From a virus (Duplodnaviria > Caudoviricetes): a stretch of DNA of 40,887 nucleotides. Location of the stretch: IMG/VR virus record IMGVR_UViG_3300005326_000080, positions 1-40,887 of that record. One strand, 5' to 3'. Position 1 is the stretch's first letter. Every line of letters begins with the position of its first letter. Shown here in pieces: positions 26,608-36,221 of this stretch. Under the pieces are notes generated by a model that worked only from the letters and a program-made list of their open reading frames with translations, ran no database searches and was not told the DNA's origin. The translations under genes and the position numbers were made by a program.

Positions 26608-29600
26608 GTGCCTGTTATAAAACCGTACAGCCCTAAACAAAAAAAAGACGAGCAACCACAGCGTCCAAAGATAGGGATGTATCAACCTCGTGGTGGATAT
26701 TCTTATGCTGGCGATGGCAATAAAGCTAAGGAGAAACCACAAAAAGATATCCTTAAAAGCATGACCCTTGGCGGACAGCTTGAGAAAAAAAGTATTGTGT
26801 CTGGGATGGTCAAGCTGGGCAAAGATATCGTAGAAAATGTAGTCCCACAGGCCATCACCAGTCCGAAGGTCACATATCGTCGAGTTAATGAATACGTCAA
26901 GAACGAACCTAATATATCCGGCGTGACGCGAGCGTTCAACGAACAGGCTGTTCCGAAGAACGTGCAGGAACTTCTGGCAACGCAAGGTAGATATCAAGAA
27001 AGCGTTGGCAAGGGCGGCATTCTCTCTAGCGTTTACGATAAAGACAAGGGTAAGATACCATACAATGAGATATTGTCTAATAGGAAGTCATTAACCTGGT
27101 CAGAAACAGCGAAGTCTCCTTTGGGTCAGATGCCAGCAGAGGTTACCTACAAGCCATATGTCAATATCGCAAATGAAATAGCGAATATCCAAAAGACCGG
27201 CCACATGCAAGACCCCGAAGCATTGGTCACGAGCGTCGCTATCGGGGTCGGGCATCTCGGCATATTGCGGTCTCTTGCTAAATCTGGCATCCAACAGATT
27301 CCGGCATCTCGTATGACCGAGATAACAGAAGCGAGTAAGCGATACACGCCGGATGAGGTCACAGTAGCCCTTATAAAAGGCGAAGGACCGGCAATAGAGG
27401 CCGTTAAGCCTTTGACCGCAGCGGAGCGTAAGGCGGCCAGCAAGGGCGGCATGACGACCACAGAAGTGACTGAGACGCCGACACATGTAGGATTGCGCAA
27501 GATGTTCGCTGGCGGCAAATACGAACCTCGCACTTCGATAAAGTCCTACGAGGTAGCCGGAGAAGCAGCAAAACCAGCTCCGGCTGCTCCTACTACGGTG
27601 CGCGGGGAACTTATGCCGGAAACAACGACTCCCAAAACAGAGCCGATACAGTCTCCGACCATTACGCAAACAGAGCAACCGAATCGTTTCACGGTAACTC
27701 CGAAAAGCCCAGAAGAGATTGCTGATTTAGTGGAAACCGCGAAGACTAACAAATGGCAGATTGAGAACAATCCGGATGGTTCGATAACATTTGATAAAGC
27801 ACCCGTAACAGCAGAGTCTCTTGCCAAGACGGACCTTGACGAACTTTCATCTGTCGTTGAAGACAAGATAAACATGACAGCAAAGCGGCTAGAGAAAATG
27901 TACGGACCGACAAAACATGATGAGTTTGTCACGCGAATGCGGACTCTTGGAGATGGAGCCATAGCTGATGCTGGTTTTAAAACAAGCGGGCAAGAGCTTG
28001 CCGCTGCTATAAGAAAACGTGGAGGGATAAAGAAAAGCCCCGGCATCCTTGAGGGAGAGTGGAAAGAGAGTGTCCCTCTTAATCTTAAGAATAACAAGGC
28101 TGGATTGCCTATCGACGAAATGGCAAACGAGCTTGGGTTCGAAAGCGTCTCTGATATGCTAGACGCCCTTTCTACTAAATCAAAAGAAATTGACTATAGA
28201 GCTGAGGCAGAACGAATCCTTGAAGAAGACCCAGACTTCGGACCAGTCATGGAGAGGTATTACGAACTTCTCAGTAAAGAGAAACCCCCTGAGATATTCA
28301 GAGAGTTTGACATTAAAGATGAGTCCGGGGCCGTCGGGAACGAGGAGCTGCCCGTATCGGACGCAGAAGCGAAGATAGACGCCATGATAGCCGAGCCGAA
28401 GAGACCTAACCTCCGCGAGATGATTGACAACGCTAAGTCTATTGGCGGAGAGATGCTGATTGACAGATTCCAGCCTTTAAAGAACATATCTAAGCGAGTT
28501 GAGAAGAACACCGGTAGCAAGATACCGCTTAATATGGACCCATATGTTCAGGCACAGCTATATGGCGGAGCACCGGGGGTACACCTGGCCGCAGTAGAAG
28601 ATTTAAGAAGCGCGTTCTCGCCCTTGCAGGGATACCAGAAAGAAGTGAGCAGGTACATAACGGCCAAACGAGCCGCACAGAGAAGCGGGATGGGAGTCAA
28701 GAATCCCAACAATATAACCCCGGAAGAGTCTTTGGCTGCGATTGACAAGATACGCGAGAAAGTCGGAGACGAGGTATTTGCTAAGATAGAAGCAGCGGTC
28801 GATACCTACTATGATAGCAACAAGCGATGGCTTCTTGATTTCACTACGGAAACAGGTCTTATATCGCCAGAGCTGAGAGAAGTATTGTTACAGAACAAGA
28901 AGGGGTATGCACCGTTCCATGTCGCCGATTATATCCCGACTGACCTAAACAGCATATCTCCTGGCAAGGGAATCTTCTCCGTTGGCAAGCAACCTGTCGT
29001 AAAACGCATGACCGGAACAGAGCGTAAGATAGTAGACCCGATTGAAGCTACTATAATCCAGTACGGTAGGGCCATTGATGCTGGCTACAAGAACCTTGTG
29101 TCTCGCAGTCTCTACAATCTCAGAAACATAGACCCATCTTTAAAAGATACAATAGTGCCGATGAAGAAGGGTGAGACGCTTTCGGCTGGGTGGAAATCAT
29201 TGAACTACATGGAAGATGGGGTAGCATACAGGTACAGAGTGCCCGCGGATTTAGCTAGGGGGATGGAAGGGCTGTCTGTCGGACAAGCACAGATGGTAAC
29301 AAGCACCCTAACCGCGTTCAATAAACTATTGAAGACCGGCTCGACCGGTTTATCTATGGCATTTGCGGTTCGCAACATACCACGGGACGTCGGGCAGTCA
29401 CTTTTAGTACCAGAGCATGCTCTGACCCCAAAAGCTTTTGTCGTGGGGTTTGGGAATGCTGCTGCTACCGCATTCGGGTTTCATCCATCGTTGTACCACG
29501 AATATCTTTTAGAGCGTGGCGGGTTCTCTGGTATGGTGACCAGGGCTGGGGCGAGCGTGGCGGCCAAAAAATTATTTGAACCGCACAGAACGGCATTTGC

Positions 29601-30777
29601 TAAGACCGTCCTCAACCCGGTCCAACTTGTCGAAGCTATAGTGGAAACAGGAGAGCTGGCTACTAGGCTTGGTAACTATTGGAATGCAAAGCAAAAGGGC
29701 ATGAGTGCATCGGGACCGGCATTGGAGTCACGTCGCGGGAGCGTTGATTTCTGGATGGGCAGTAGACTGTCTAAGTCCGTAGAGCCTATCGTTCCATTCA
29801 TAAACGCACGCTTGCAGGCGTTGACGACCTTATTGCAAGAGGCAAAGAATAGGCCGGGAAAAGTGGCTTTTCAATTTGCGGTCAAGATATTAACTCCCTG
29901 GGCTGGCATGTACTTCTACAATCGGCTGGCTCATTCTGACACCTACGACGAGATTCCAGATTATGAAAAAGATGGTAATTTTGTTCTTGTGTTAGGAAGG
30001 AAGAAAGACCCGAAGACAGGGAAGATGTTACCTGATTATGTGAGAATACCTAAACCAGATGCCGCGAAATTGGTTATCAATCCCTTAGAAGGATTCCTTG
30101 ATTATGCATTCGCGAAAGACCCGAAAACAGCGGAAGAGATTGGGATTCAATGGTTGTCGAACCTGTCGCCCGTGAGTTTCGAGCGGCGTGGCAAGCTCGA
30201 TGCTACGATGGTTTTGGCCTCACTTAATCCAGCGATAAGGATTCCTTTTGAACTTGCCATGAACGAAGTGTTGTTTACCGGCCAGCCTATTGTGCCAGAG
30301 AAACTAGCTAAGGCTGAGAAGCCAGAACAGTATGACGAGAAGACAAGCCCTTTGGCTAAGATGATTGGTAATGCTGCGGGGCAAAGCCCGATGGTCATAG
30401 AGTATGTGCCGAAGGGTGTCGCCGCAGGAATCGGGCAAGCCTTGTTTCATCCCTTGTCTTATGTTACGTCTGCTGGTGAATCATATGTGCGTAGCAGAGG
30501 CGGTGAAACAGAAGCAAAATCATATGAAGTGCGCGATGACATGGAGCGCGGCTATACTACGGCGCGGATACGAGCAGAACGAGCTTATGCTAATGACAAG
30601 CCGCAAGACGCCATGAAGATAATCAACGAATGGAATAAGACGGTCCCGAAGTATTCCGATAAACTTAAGAATCTAGGAGTGTGGCCGGATTCAGAGATAC
30701 AAACAGTCCACACAAGATATAGCTTTGACGACTCGGATATTGACAGGATGATAAATCGTGTCAATAAAGCAAAATAA
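26608..30777 (+). CDS. Large internal virion / polyvalent protein with LPD38-like C-terminus
   Basis: 1389 aa; IDRFQPL, GYAPF, VPFINA, YDEIPDYEKDGN...YVRIPKP, NEVLFTGQPIVP motifs. Confidence 0.7.
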   Translation: MPVIKPYSPKQKKDEQPQRPKIGMYQPRGGYSYAGDGNKAKEKPQKDILKSMTLGGQLEKKSIVSGMVKLGKDIVENVVPQAITSPKVTYRRVNEYVKNEPNISGVTRAFNEQAVPKNVQELLATQGRYQESVGKGGILSSVYDKDKGKIPYNEILSNRKSLTWSETAKSPLGQMPAEVTYKPYVNIANEIANIQKTGHMQDPEALVTSVAIGVGHLGILRSLAKSGIQQIPASRMTEITEASKRYTPDEVTVALIKGEGPAIEAVKPLTAAERKAASKGGMTTTEVTETPTHVGLRKMFAGGKYEPRTSIKSYEVAGEAAKPAPAAPTTVRGELMPETTTPKTEPIQSPTITQTEQPNRFTVTPKSPEEIADLVETAKTNKWQIENNPDGSITFDKAPVTAESLAKTDLDELSSVVEDKINMTAKRLEKMYGPTKHDEFVTRMRTLGDGAIADAGFKTSGQELAAAIRKRGGIKKSPGILEGEWKESVPLNLKNNKAGLPIDEMANELGFESVSDMLDALSTKSKEIDYRAEAERILEEDPDFGPVMERYYELLSKEKPPEIFREFDIKDESGAVGNEELPVSDAEAKIDAMIAEPKRPNLREMIDNAKSIGGEMLIDRFQPLKNISKRVEKNTGSKIPLNMDPYVQAQLYGGAPGVHLAAVEDLRSAFSPLQGYQKEVSRYITAKRAAQRSGMGVKNPNNITPEESLAAIDKIREKVGDEVFAKIEAAVDTYYDSNKRWLLDFTTETGLISPELREVLLQNKKGYAPFHVADYIPTDLNSISPGKGIFSVGKQPVVKRMTGTERKIVDPIEATIIQYGRAIDAGYKNLVSRSLYNLRNIDPSLKDTIVPMKKGETLSAGWKSLNYMEDGVAYRYRVPADLARGMEGLSVGQAQMVTSTLTAFNKLLKTGSTGLSMAFAVRNIPRDVGQSLLVPEHALTPKAFVVGFGNAAATAFGFHPSLYHEYLLERGGFSGMVTRAGASVAAKKLFEPHRTAFAKTVLNPVQLVEAIVETGELATRLGNYWNAKQKGMSASGPALESRRGSVDFWMGSRLSKSVEPIVPFINARLQALTTLLQEAKNRPGKVAFQFAVKILTPWAGMYFYNRLAHSDTYDEIPDYEKDGNFVLVLGRKKDPKTGKMLPDYVRIPKPDAAKLVINPLEGFLDYAFAKDPKTAEEIGIQWLSNLSPVSFERRGKLDATMVLASLNPAIRIPFELAMNEVLFTGQPIVPEKLAKAEKPEQYDEKTSPLAKMIGNAAGQSPMVIEYVPKGVAAGIGQALFHPLSYVTSAGESYVRSRGGETEAKSYEVRDDMERGYTTARIRAERAYANDKPQDAMKIINEWNKTVPKYSDKLKNLGVWPDSEIQTVHTRYSFDDSDIDRMINRVNKAK

Positions 30778-31087
30778 AGGAGATGAGATGCCCGGAGAAG
30801 TGACTAGACAAGAATATAACGCACTTATTAAACGACTGGACGAACATTGTGCGACGCAGAATGGAAGTCTTGATAAAATATGGGACAAGTTAGACACGAT
30901 AGACCAAAAGCTACCCAGCAAGGCAGACGCAGCAACGGTCGAAACCCTCAGAAGAGACACCGATAAGAAAGTGTCGGGAAGGCCAACGTGGGCTGTTTTA
31001 ACTATTGTTTCTATTCTAATGTGGGCAAACGGACTACTCTTCACGGGGTTTCTAGGTATCTTGTACATCTATCTGAATCACGTTTAG
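30758..31087 (+). CDS. Holin-like membrane protein
   Basis: Coiled coil plus C-terminal transmembrane segment just before the endolysin; start may be ATG 30788. Confidence 0.55.
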   Translation: MSIKQNKGDEMPGEVTRQEYNALIKRLDEHCATQNGSLDKIWDKLDTIDQKLPSKADAATVETLRRDTDKKVSGRPTWAVLTIVSILMWANGLLFTGFLGILYIYLNHV

Positions 31088-31099
31088 GGAGGGGCTTAA

Positions 31100-31747
31100 A
31101 TGTATTTCCCACTATTCGGGACAGCGACCGACTGGAGTGTTGCGCCTCCGCCGGGAGAATCCTCAGACCACGGTGGAGAAGGGCATGGATTGTTTTCTGG
31201 TGTGTCGGGAGATGGGCTTGATATAGGATACCAGGCACTTCTTCAAGGATACACACCAGAGAACGGCGCGGTTCTTTATCAACAACCATACACGGCGGCT
31301 GATGGGCAGTACCGCGGGATAAACATTTTCTACCAAACTGATGATGGACGTCGCTGGTTATTCGCTCATTGTGAAGAGCCGATTGCGGTTCGTCGGTATT
31401 CTCGTGGAGAGCCACTATTCAGGGTTGGTTCTTATCTTAATTATCCACATCTTCACTTACAGATGGAAGTCGAAAAAGCGGGCGACATGCCCGCACTATT
31501 TGATAAGGAGGCAACTGTGTCAGGAGAAATAGAAGATTTGCAAGCACGAGTGAAAGCACTTGAATTGTTTAGGGAGGGAGCCAACGACACAGTTAATGGG
31601 TTGGTTGATTGGCAGACAGAGGCTAACAAGGTCAGCGATAAGGTCGAGTCAAGGTTGAAGGTTTTAGAAAAAGAGCCGCATGGTTTTGATTTGACACAAA
31701 TAGTGAACGCGGTTCTTGGGGTTATATCAGAGCGTATCAAGCCATAA
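31100..31747 (+). CDS. Putative M23-family peptidase endolysin with C-terminal coiled coil
   Basis: GLDI, WLFAH and PHLHLQ zinc-ligand motifs; flanked by holin-like genes. Confidence 0.7.
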   Translation: MYFPLFGTATDWSVAPPPGESSDHGGEGHGLFSGVSGDGLDIGYQALLQGYTPENGAVLYQQPYTAADGQYRGINIFYQTDDGRRWLFAHCEEPIAVRRYSRGEPLFRVGSYLNYPHLHLQMEVEKAGDMPALFDKEATVSGEIEDLQARVKALELFREGANDTVNGLVDWQTEANKVSDKVESRLKVLEKEPHGFDLTQIVNAVLGVISERIKP

Positions 31748-31751
31748 TCCA

Positions 31752-31928
31752 ATGCGCCAATGGGTGATAGACAACCGGATTTTTACATGCGAGTGTGGGT
31801 CTAGGGAGTTCTATCGGGTTTACTCCCCGGACTCAGATATTATCACCATCTATTGCGTGAACTGTATGGAGAAGGGGAAACAAGTCGTCTGGCATATCCA
31901 CGTCACAGAAGACACAGGGTGTAAATAG
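31752..31928 (+). CDS. Small zinc-ribbon protein
   Basis: CECGSREF...CVNC. Confidence 0.55.
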   Translation: MRQWVIDNRIFTCECGSREFYRVYSPDSDIITIYCVNCMEKGKQVVWHIHVTEDTGCK

Positions 31929-31942
31929 GAAGGGGGTGAATC

Positions 31943-32260
31943 TTGAATATAGATATTAACGCCAACACGCTTAGTTTGCTCATCGGAATCTTTCTTCCGA
32001 TTCTGATTGAGATTGTCAAACAAGGGAAGATGCCACCGTGGGCGAATGGGCTTATCGTCTTGGTATCTAGCGTCGTGTTCGGAGGATTTCAGGCATTAAT
32101 CGCTGGTCAGCTGGACACTCCACAGAGCTACCTACAGGCAGTTATTATAATCCTTGCTGCTGCCGTTGTAGCTTATAACCAATTCTGGAAGCCTGTCTTG
32201 GGCGGTACTGCGGAAGACCCTACAAAATTGAACGAGATTACTACTCTTGTGCATCGGTAA
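31943..32260 (+). CDS. Holin (three predicted TM helices)
   Basis: Three hydrophobic segments ending YNQFWKP; SD GGGGGTG. Confidence 0.75.
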   Translation: MNIDINANTLSLLIGIFLPILIEIVKQGKMPPWANGLIVLVSSVVFGGFQALIAGQLDTPQSYLQAVIIILAAAVVAYNQFWKPVLGGTAEDPTKLNEITTLVHR

Positions 32261-32272
32261 TACGATAAAATG

Positions 32273-32320
32273 AAGATACGCCCTGTCTTGTGGCGACGAT
32301 AGACAGGGCGTATCTTTTTT
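32273..32320 (+). terminator. Rho-independent terminator at the convergence of both arms
   Basis: 16-bp stem AAGATACGCCCTGTCT/AGACAGGGCGTATCTT plus T-run; A-rich on the other side. Confidence 0.85.
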
Positions 32321-32326
32321 GTGTAC

Positions 32327-32575
32327 CTATTCTTTTATGGACGGTTGGACATTCAATGCTCGCCCACGAAGTCTTTCTCCGTTTAATTTCTTAAGGGCGT
32401 CATGGCAGTCTTGCTCAGATTCCATCTCCACAAAGCCAAACCCGCGGGACTTCCCTGTCGCTTTGTCAAGGCAGATAAAAACGTCAATAACTGGTCCTAT
32501 CTGCTCAAAATGATTTGCAAGTTCTTCCTCTGTGGTTTTGTACTCAAGATTCCCAACAAACATCTTCCTTGCCAT
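32327..32575 (-). CDS. Single-domain RRM RNA-binding protein
   Basis: RNP2 MFVGNL and RNP1 RGFGFVEM; LNG..L.GR.L.V. Confidence 0.92.
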   Translation of the reverse strand: MARKMFVGNLEYKTTEEELANHFEQIGPVIDVFICLDKATGKSRGFGFVEMESEQDCHDALKKLNGERLRGRALNVQPSIKE

Positions 32576-32577
32576 TC

Positions 32578-34206
32578 TTAGCTCTCCTCTCTGATTGTCT
32601 TCCCCAACAATGCGGCTTCAAGGCGGTCGATTACTTTCTCCCACGAGTACGTTGCCGCCATTCTTTTCGCGTTGTCTACCATTGTCTGCGGCCATTCTCC
32701 TGTGATTATACATGTTATGGCATCAGCGATATCCTCTGCGGTGTCACCCATAAGGCAAGTGTCTTTGTCGATGCAGAACTCTTCGTTGCCCTGGGAATGT
32801 GTTGTTACGACCGGACACCCACACGCCATAGCCTCAAGAGATGGTAAACAGAATCCTTCGTGCCGACTTGTAGAGACATAGACCCCGGCCTGATTGTACA
32901 TCTCAGCCAGCTTGTCGTCTTCGACACGCCCTAAATGTATATGCGGGCATCCATACTCTTGCGGCTCCTCGCTTAACGTGACAATGCTGAATTGCAGACC
33001 GCGTTCTACCAGGATATCAACCGCATGTTTAAACAGTTCTCTGTTCTTCAACGGATTGCCGCGCTCGATATAAAGCAGGCGAGTCTTGTCACGGTCAACA
33101 ACATTATCTTTGAATAGGTCATGGTTGATTGATATACCCGTCAAGATAGGTTGTTTCCCCATCTGAGCAAGCTGGTCAGCTACCCACTTAGCGTCACACA
33201 AGGGTCTTAACGGCATATCGTATGTCTCAAGCACGGCAGCGGCCTCTTCGTCTGTTCTCGCATAGCTCGTTTCTATGTCTTGGACTAGATAGAACAATGG
33301 CCCGTTGCACATGGCGACGACCTTGGCCGTCTTCCACCAGGTAGCAATCTTGGCTCCTGGCATGTCTTTTAGTTTTTCGACCAGTTCGAAATAATCTCTG
33401 AATTGCGTGACCTGGACAGACAATGGAAACCAGCCTGGTTGTCCTTCAAGCGCGAAAAGGTCTACGTCCCAACCTCGGTTATGCAATCGGTTGACCATCT
33501 CCATAACAACCTTGGCCCCGCCAGAGATACCGGTAGACTCAAGCACGAAGCATGCTTTGGTCTCACCTAGAAATTGATTCTCGTGGCTTATGACTATGCC
33601 GTTGCCTTGGTCTTGTTCGATATATCGCTTCGCTTTCTTTCGTAGTTTATCCGGCGACTTCATGTAGGCGTAATGAATCAGTTGGATATCGTCTCGATAC
33701 AGTACCCGATACCCGCCAATAGTCTCGAAGTGCGCCGGGTGCATTGGGACATGAACGCCGTTGTAGTGCAAGGTCTCATGCGTGGCGTTCTTGTACTCAA
33801 GACCTTCCATCTTCCTAAACAGACGGATATGCGGGTCTGCGTCCTTATTGTATTGCGTCAGGTGGACAGTCGGGAATGAGTATCCCAGCACATTTTTCGG
33901 GGCCTTTGTCATTAGTTCATCAAGTATCCTGCGTGACATTCCAGAATATACCTCGTCGGCGTCGATGTTGAGCACCCAATCTGTGTTCAGCCGCGACAAA
34001 GCGTAGTTGCGCTGGTCAGCATAGGATTTCCCGAACTTCTTTTTGAGCACCTTATATCCGCGTTCTGCCAGCTTCTCAATGGTCTTATCTTTGGAGCCGC
34101 CATCCACGATGACGACCTTATCCGGCTTGATACTATCGACGAAATCACACCAGCGGTCTACCTGGTCTTCCTCATCTTGCATGATGCTGTAAACCCCTAA
34201 CTTCAT
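32578..34206 (-). CDS. Bifunctional glycosyltransferase (N-terminal GT2, C-terminal GT4)
   Basis: VDGGSKD, QRNYAL, IDADE (GT-A); SGGAKV, IATWWKTA, YLVQDIE, EGFCLPSLEAMACG (GT-B). Confidence 0.88.
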   Translation of the reverse strand: MKLGVYSIMQDEEDQVDRWCDFVDSIKPDKVVIVDGGSKDKTIEKLAERGYKVLKKKFGKSYADQRNYALSRLNTDWVLNIDADEVYSGMSRRILDELMTKAPKNVLGYSFPTVHLTQYNKDADPHIRLFRKMEGLEYKNATHETLHYNGVHVPMHPAHFETIGGYRVLYRDDIQLIHYAYMKSPDKLRKKAKRYIEQDQGNGIVISHENQFLGETKACFVLESTGISGGAKVVMEMVNRLHNRGWDVDLFALEGQPGWFPLSVQVTQFRDYFELVEKLKDMPGAKIATWWKTAKVVAMCNGPLFYLVQDIETSYARTDEEAAAVLETYDMPLRPLCDAKWVADQLAQMGKQPILTGISINHDLFKDNVVDRDKTRLLYIERGNPLKNRELFKHAVDILVERGLQFSIVTLSEEPQEYGCPHIHLGRVEDDKLAEMYNQAGVYVSTSRHEGFCLPSLEAMACGCPVVTTHSQGNEEFCIDKDTCLMGDTAEDIADAITCIITGEWPQTMVDNAKRMAATYSWEKVIDRLEAALLGKTIREES

Positions 34207-34763
34207 TCCTTATCTCCTTTCTTCCGCCCGATGGCGAAATACCACATCTCGACATGCTTTACAGATATCTCCTCGAACTGCGTCTTAATCAATCCCTCTA
34301 TGCTTTCGTGAGTAAAGCTCCTTAAGTGCTCTCCCAAAGTGTCCACATAGGTCTCGTCGGGAACGGTCACGATAAGCAATCCTCCAGGCGCGAGAGCGTC
34401 GTAGAGACGCGCTAAGAGCCGTTCGGGGTTCAAGACGTGCTCTAAGACCTCTGTTGCCACAATCGCGTCGTAGTGGCTGCGAGCTACCGTATCCTCAGCG
34501 AATCCGACCGAGTATCTAGCCCCCGGAGCGTTCTGTCTAGCGCGAGCGACATAACCCTGAGATACGTCTATCGCGTCCACGTCCCCAATCTCTGTTAGAA
34601 ATCTGGTTATCCCACCCGTCTGACAGCCGACCTCGAATATCTTAGAGCCTGGTTTAATGGAGTTTAATACGAACTTGACCCGCGTGGCTTCTTTCGGCAG
34701 ATGGTCGTTCCCGTAATGACCCGCCTGTGCCTCATAGAGTTGGCGGTATTCAGCTCTATCCAT
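34203..34763 (-). CDS. Class I SAM-dependent methyltransferase
   Basis: IFEVGCQTG, IDVS, YDAIVATEVLEHV, LAPGGLLIVTVP. Confidence 0.88.
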   Translation of the reverse strand: MDRAEYRQLYEAQAGHYGNDHLPKEATRVKFVLNSIKPGSKIFEVGCQTGGITRFLTEIGDVDAIDVSQGYVARARQNAPGARYSVGFAEDTVARSHYDAIVATEVLEHVLNPERLLARLYDALAPGGLLIVTVPDETYVDTLGEHLRSFTHESIEGLIKTQFEEISVKHVEMWYFAIGRKKGDKE

Positions 34764-35019
34764 TCGACGAAGCTCCTCTCTTTTCTGAAAACGAATAGAT
34801 GTTTCCCCCTTGCTGAACCCGGGCTGGAATCATAACGACCTCACATTCGACACAACGCGGCAGGTAGTAATCGGGTGGAGCATCGAACCACATGTTGTAT
34901 TCCTTTCCGCCACATACGGGGCAATATCCGCCAGCGTCCATCTGTGTTCTACGTTCACGCAGCACCCTTAAAAGAAACCCTACTATAACATCAGGCCCGC
35001 CGATTAATGCTCGTTCCAT
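34756..35019 (-). CDS. Small zinc-finger protein
   Basis: CPVCG...CVEC; overlaps both neighbours. Confidence 0.6.
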   Translation of the reverse strand: MERALIGGPDVIVGFLLRVLRERRTQMDAGGYCPVCGGKEYNMWFDAPPDYYLPRCVECEVVMIPARVQQGGNIYSFSEKRGASSNG

Positions 35020-36221
35020 TATTTAATCCTCTCTTTCGCGCAGACGTGATTGCGCCACATGTCCAACTTCTCTATATCAAACCCCGGTTCCGTATAGGTA
35101 AATGTCTCTTCCGGGCCTAGCCAAAATGAGTCATCAATCATCCCCTTCTCTTTGCATTCACGGTACAACTTAGTCCCTGGCATCACCCATACGCGGCCTA
35201 TCGTGCCGACCTCTTCGACCTCAGCCTCTCGTAATAGGTCTATCGTTTCGTTTATGCTAGAGGTTGTTTCACCAGGGTTACCGACCATTGTAAGGGCGCA
35301 GACTGCGAGACCTGCTCCATGAAGTGCTTGAACGGCTCGGAGGCTATCAGCTGGTGTAATTCGTTTTCCAATTCCTTCGAGGATTGCAGTATTTCCACTC
35401 TCAATTCCAATCGACACTCCATAACAACCTGCCTCCTTTAGCAGTTCAGCCAGCTCATCGTCTATCGTTTCAACCTTTGTGGTCGCATGAAACGCTATGG
35501 GCAATTCTCGTCTTATAAGCTCGCGCAACATCTCTTTTGCTTGGTCAGGATAACAGGTCATCGCATCATCCTCGAAAACAAAATGGTGATGCCCCATGTC
35601 AATCAACCTCTGAATCTCATCGGCCATGTTCCCTGGACTTCTGTGGCGATAGTTCTTCCATATCCACCAGGTAGAACAGAACGAACACGAGCCGGTGCAT
35701 CCTCGTGAATAGACAACCGGGATACGAGGCCCGGAGCAGTCTACGTCGCGCCAGGCAGCACCTCCGCCGGGGTATCGCGATAGGTCGATTAAATCCCAGG
35801 CGGGGAACGGTATATCGTCAAGGGTTTCATAAGGTGAAGTTTGCTGCCCTAAAACTGTTGTTCTGAATATCTGTTCGCCCTCGCCCTTCACTATGCCGTC
35901 TACAAAAGGATAGTTATTAGCAATCTGGACGCTCATTATTGTCGCGTGAGGACCGCCCAAAACCGTTATTGCGCCACGCTCTTTGGCATACTTAGCAATC
36001 TCTAACGCCTTATGTCTACCAGGGGTGTAGCAGGTGATTCCCACTATGTCCCACCCCTCATCTATCTTGGCTTTGATACCCTCAAAACCCACTAAGTAAC
36101 CGTCTATGACCTCGACTTCGCATATATCTCGGACAGCTCCGGCAAGGTACAGCAAACCCAATGGCGGATTTGAATATCCTCCCTGGTCTGATTGGTGCGG
36201 ATTTACAAGCAAAACTTTCAT
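35019..36221 (-). CDS. Cobalamin-binding radical SAM enzyme (class B methyltransferase-like)
   Basis: PPLGLLYLA, VLGGPHAT, GEGE (B12 domain); SRGCTGSCSFC; GIESG; start ATG 36221 overlaps the GT2 stop. Confidence 0.9.
   Translation of the reverse strand: MKVLLVNPHQSDQGGYSNPPLGLLYLAGAVRDICEVEVIDGYLVGFEGIKAKIDEGWDIVGITCYTPGRHKALEIAKYAKERGAITVLGGPHATIMSVQIANNYPFVDGIVKGEGEQIFRTTVLGQQTSPYETLDDIPFPAWDLIDLSRYPGGGAAWRDVDCSGPRIPVVYSRGCTGSCSFCSTWWIWKNYRHRSPGNMADEIQRLIDMGHHHFVFEDDAMTCYPDQAKEMLRELIRRELPIAFHATTKVETIDDELAELLKEAGCYGVSIGIESGNTAILEGIGKRITPADSLRAVQALHGAGLAVCALTMVGNPGETTSSINETIDLLREAEVEEVGTIGRVWVMPGTKLYRECKEKGMIDDSFWLGPEETFTYTEPGFDIEKLDMWRNHVCAKERIK

Noticed and set aside
9455-31752. Numerous minus-strand ORFs within the structural arm (and plus-strand ORFs within the leftward arm)
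   Set aside because: Antisense shadows of longer genes that have clear motifs and SD sites
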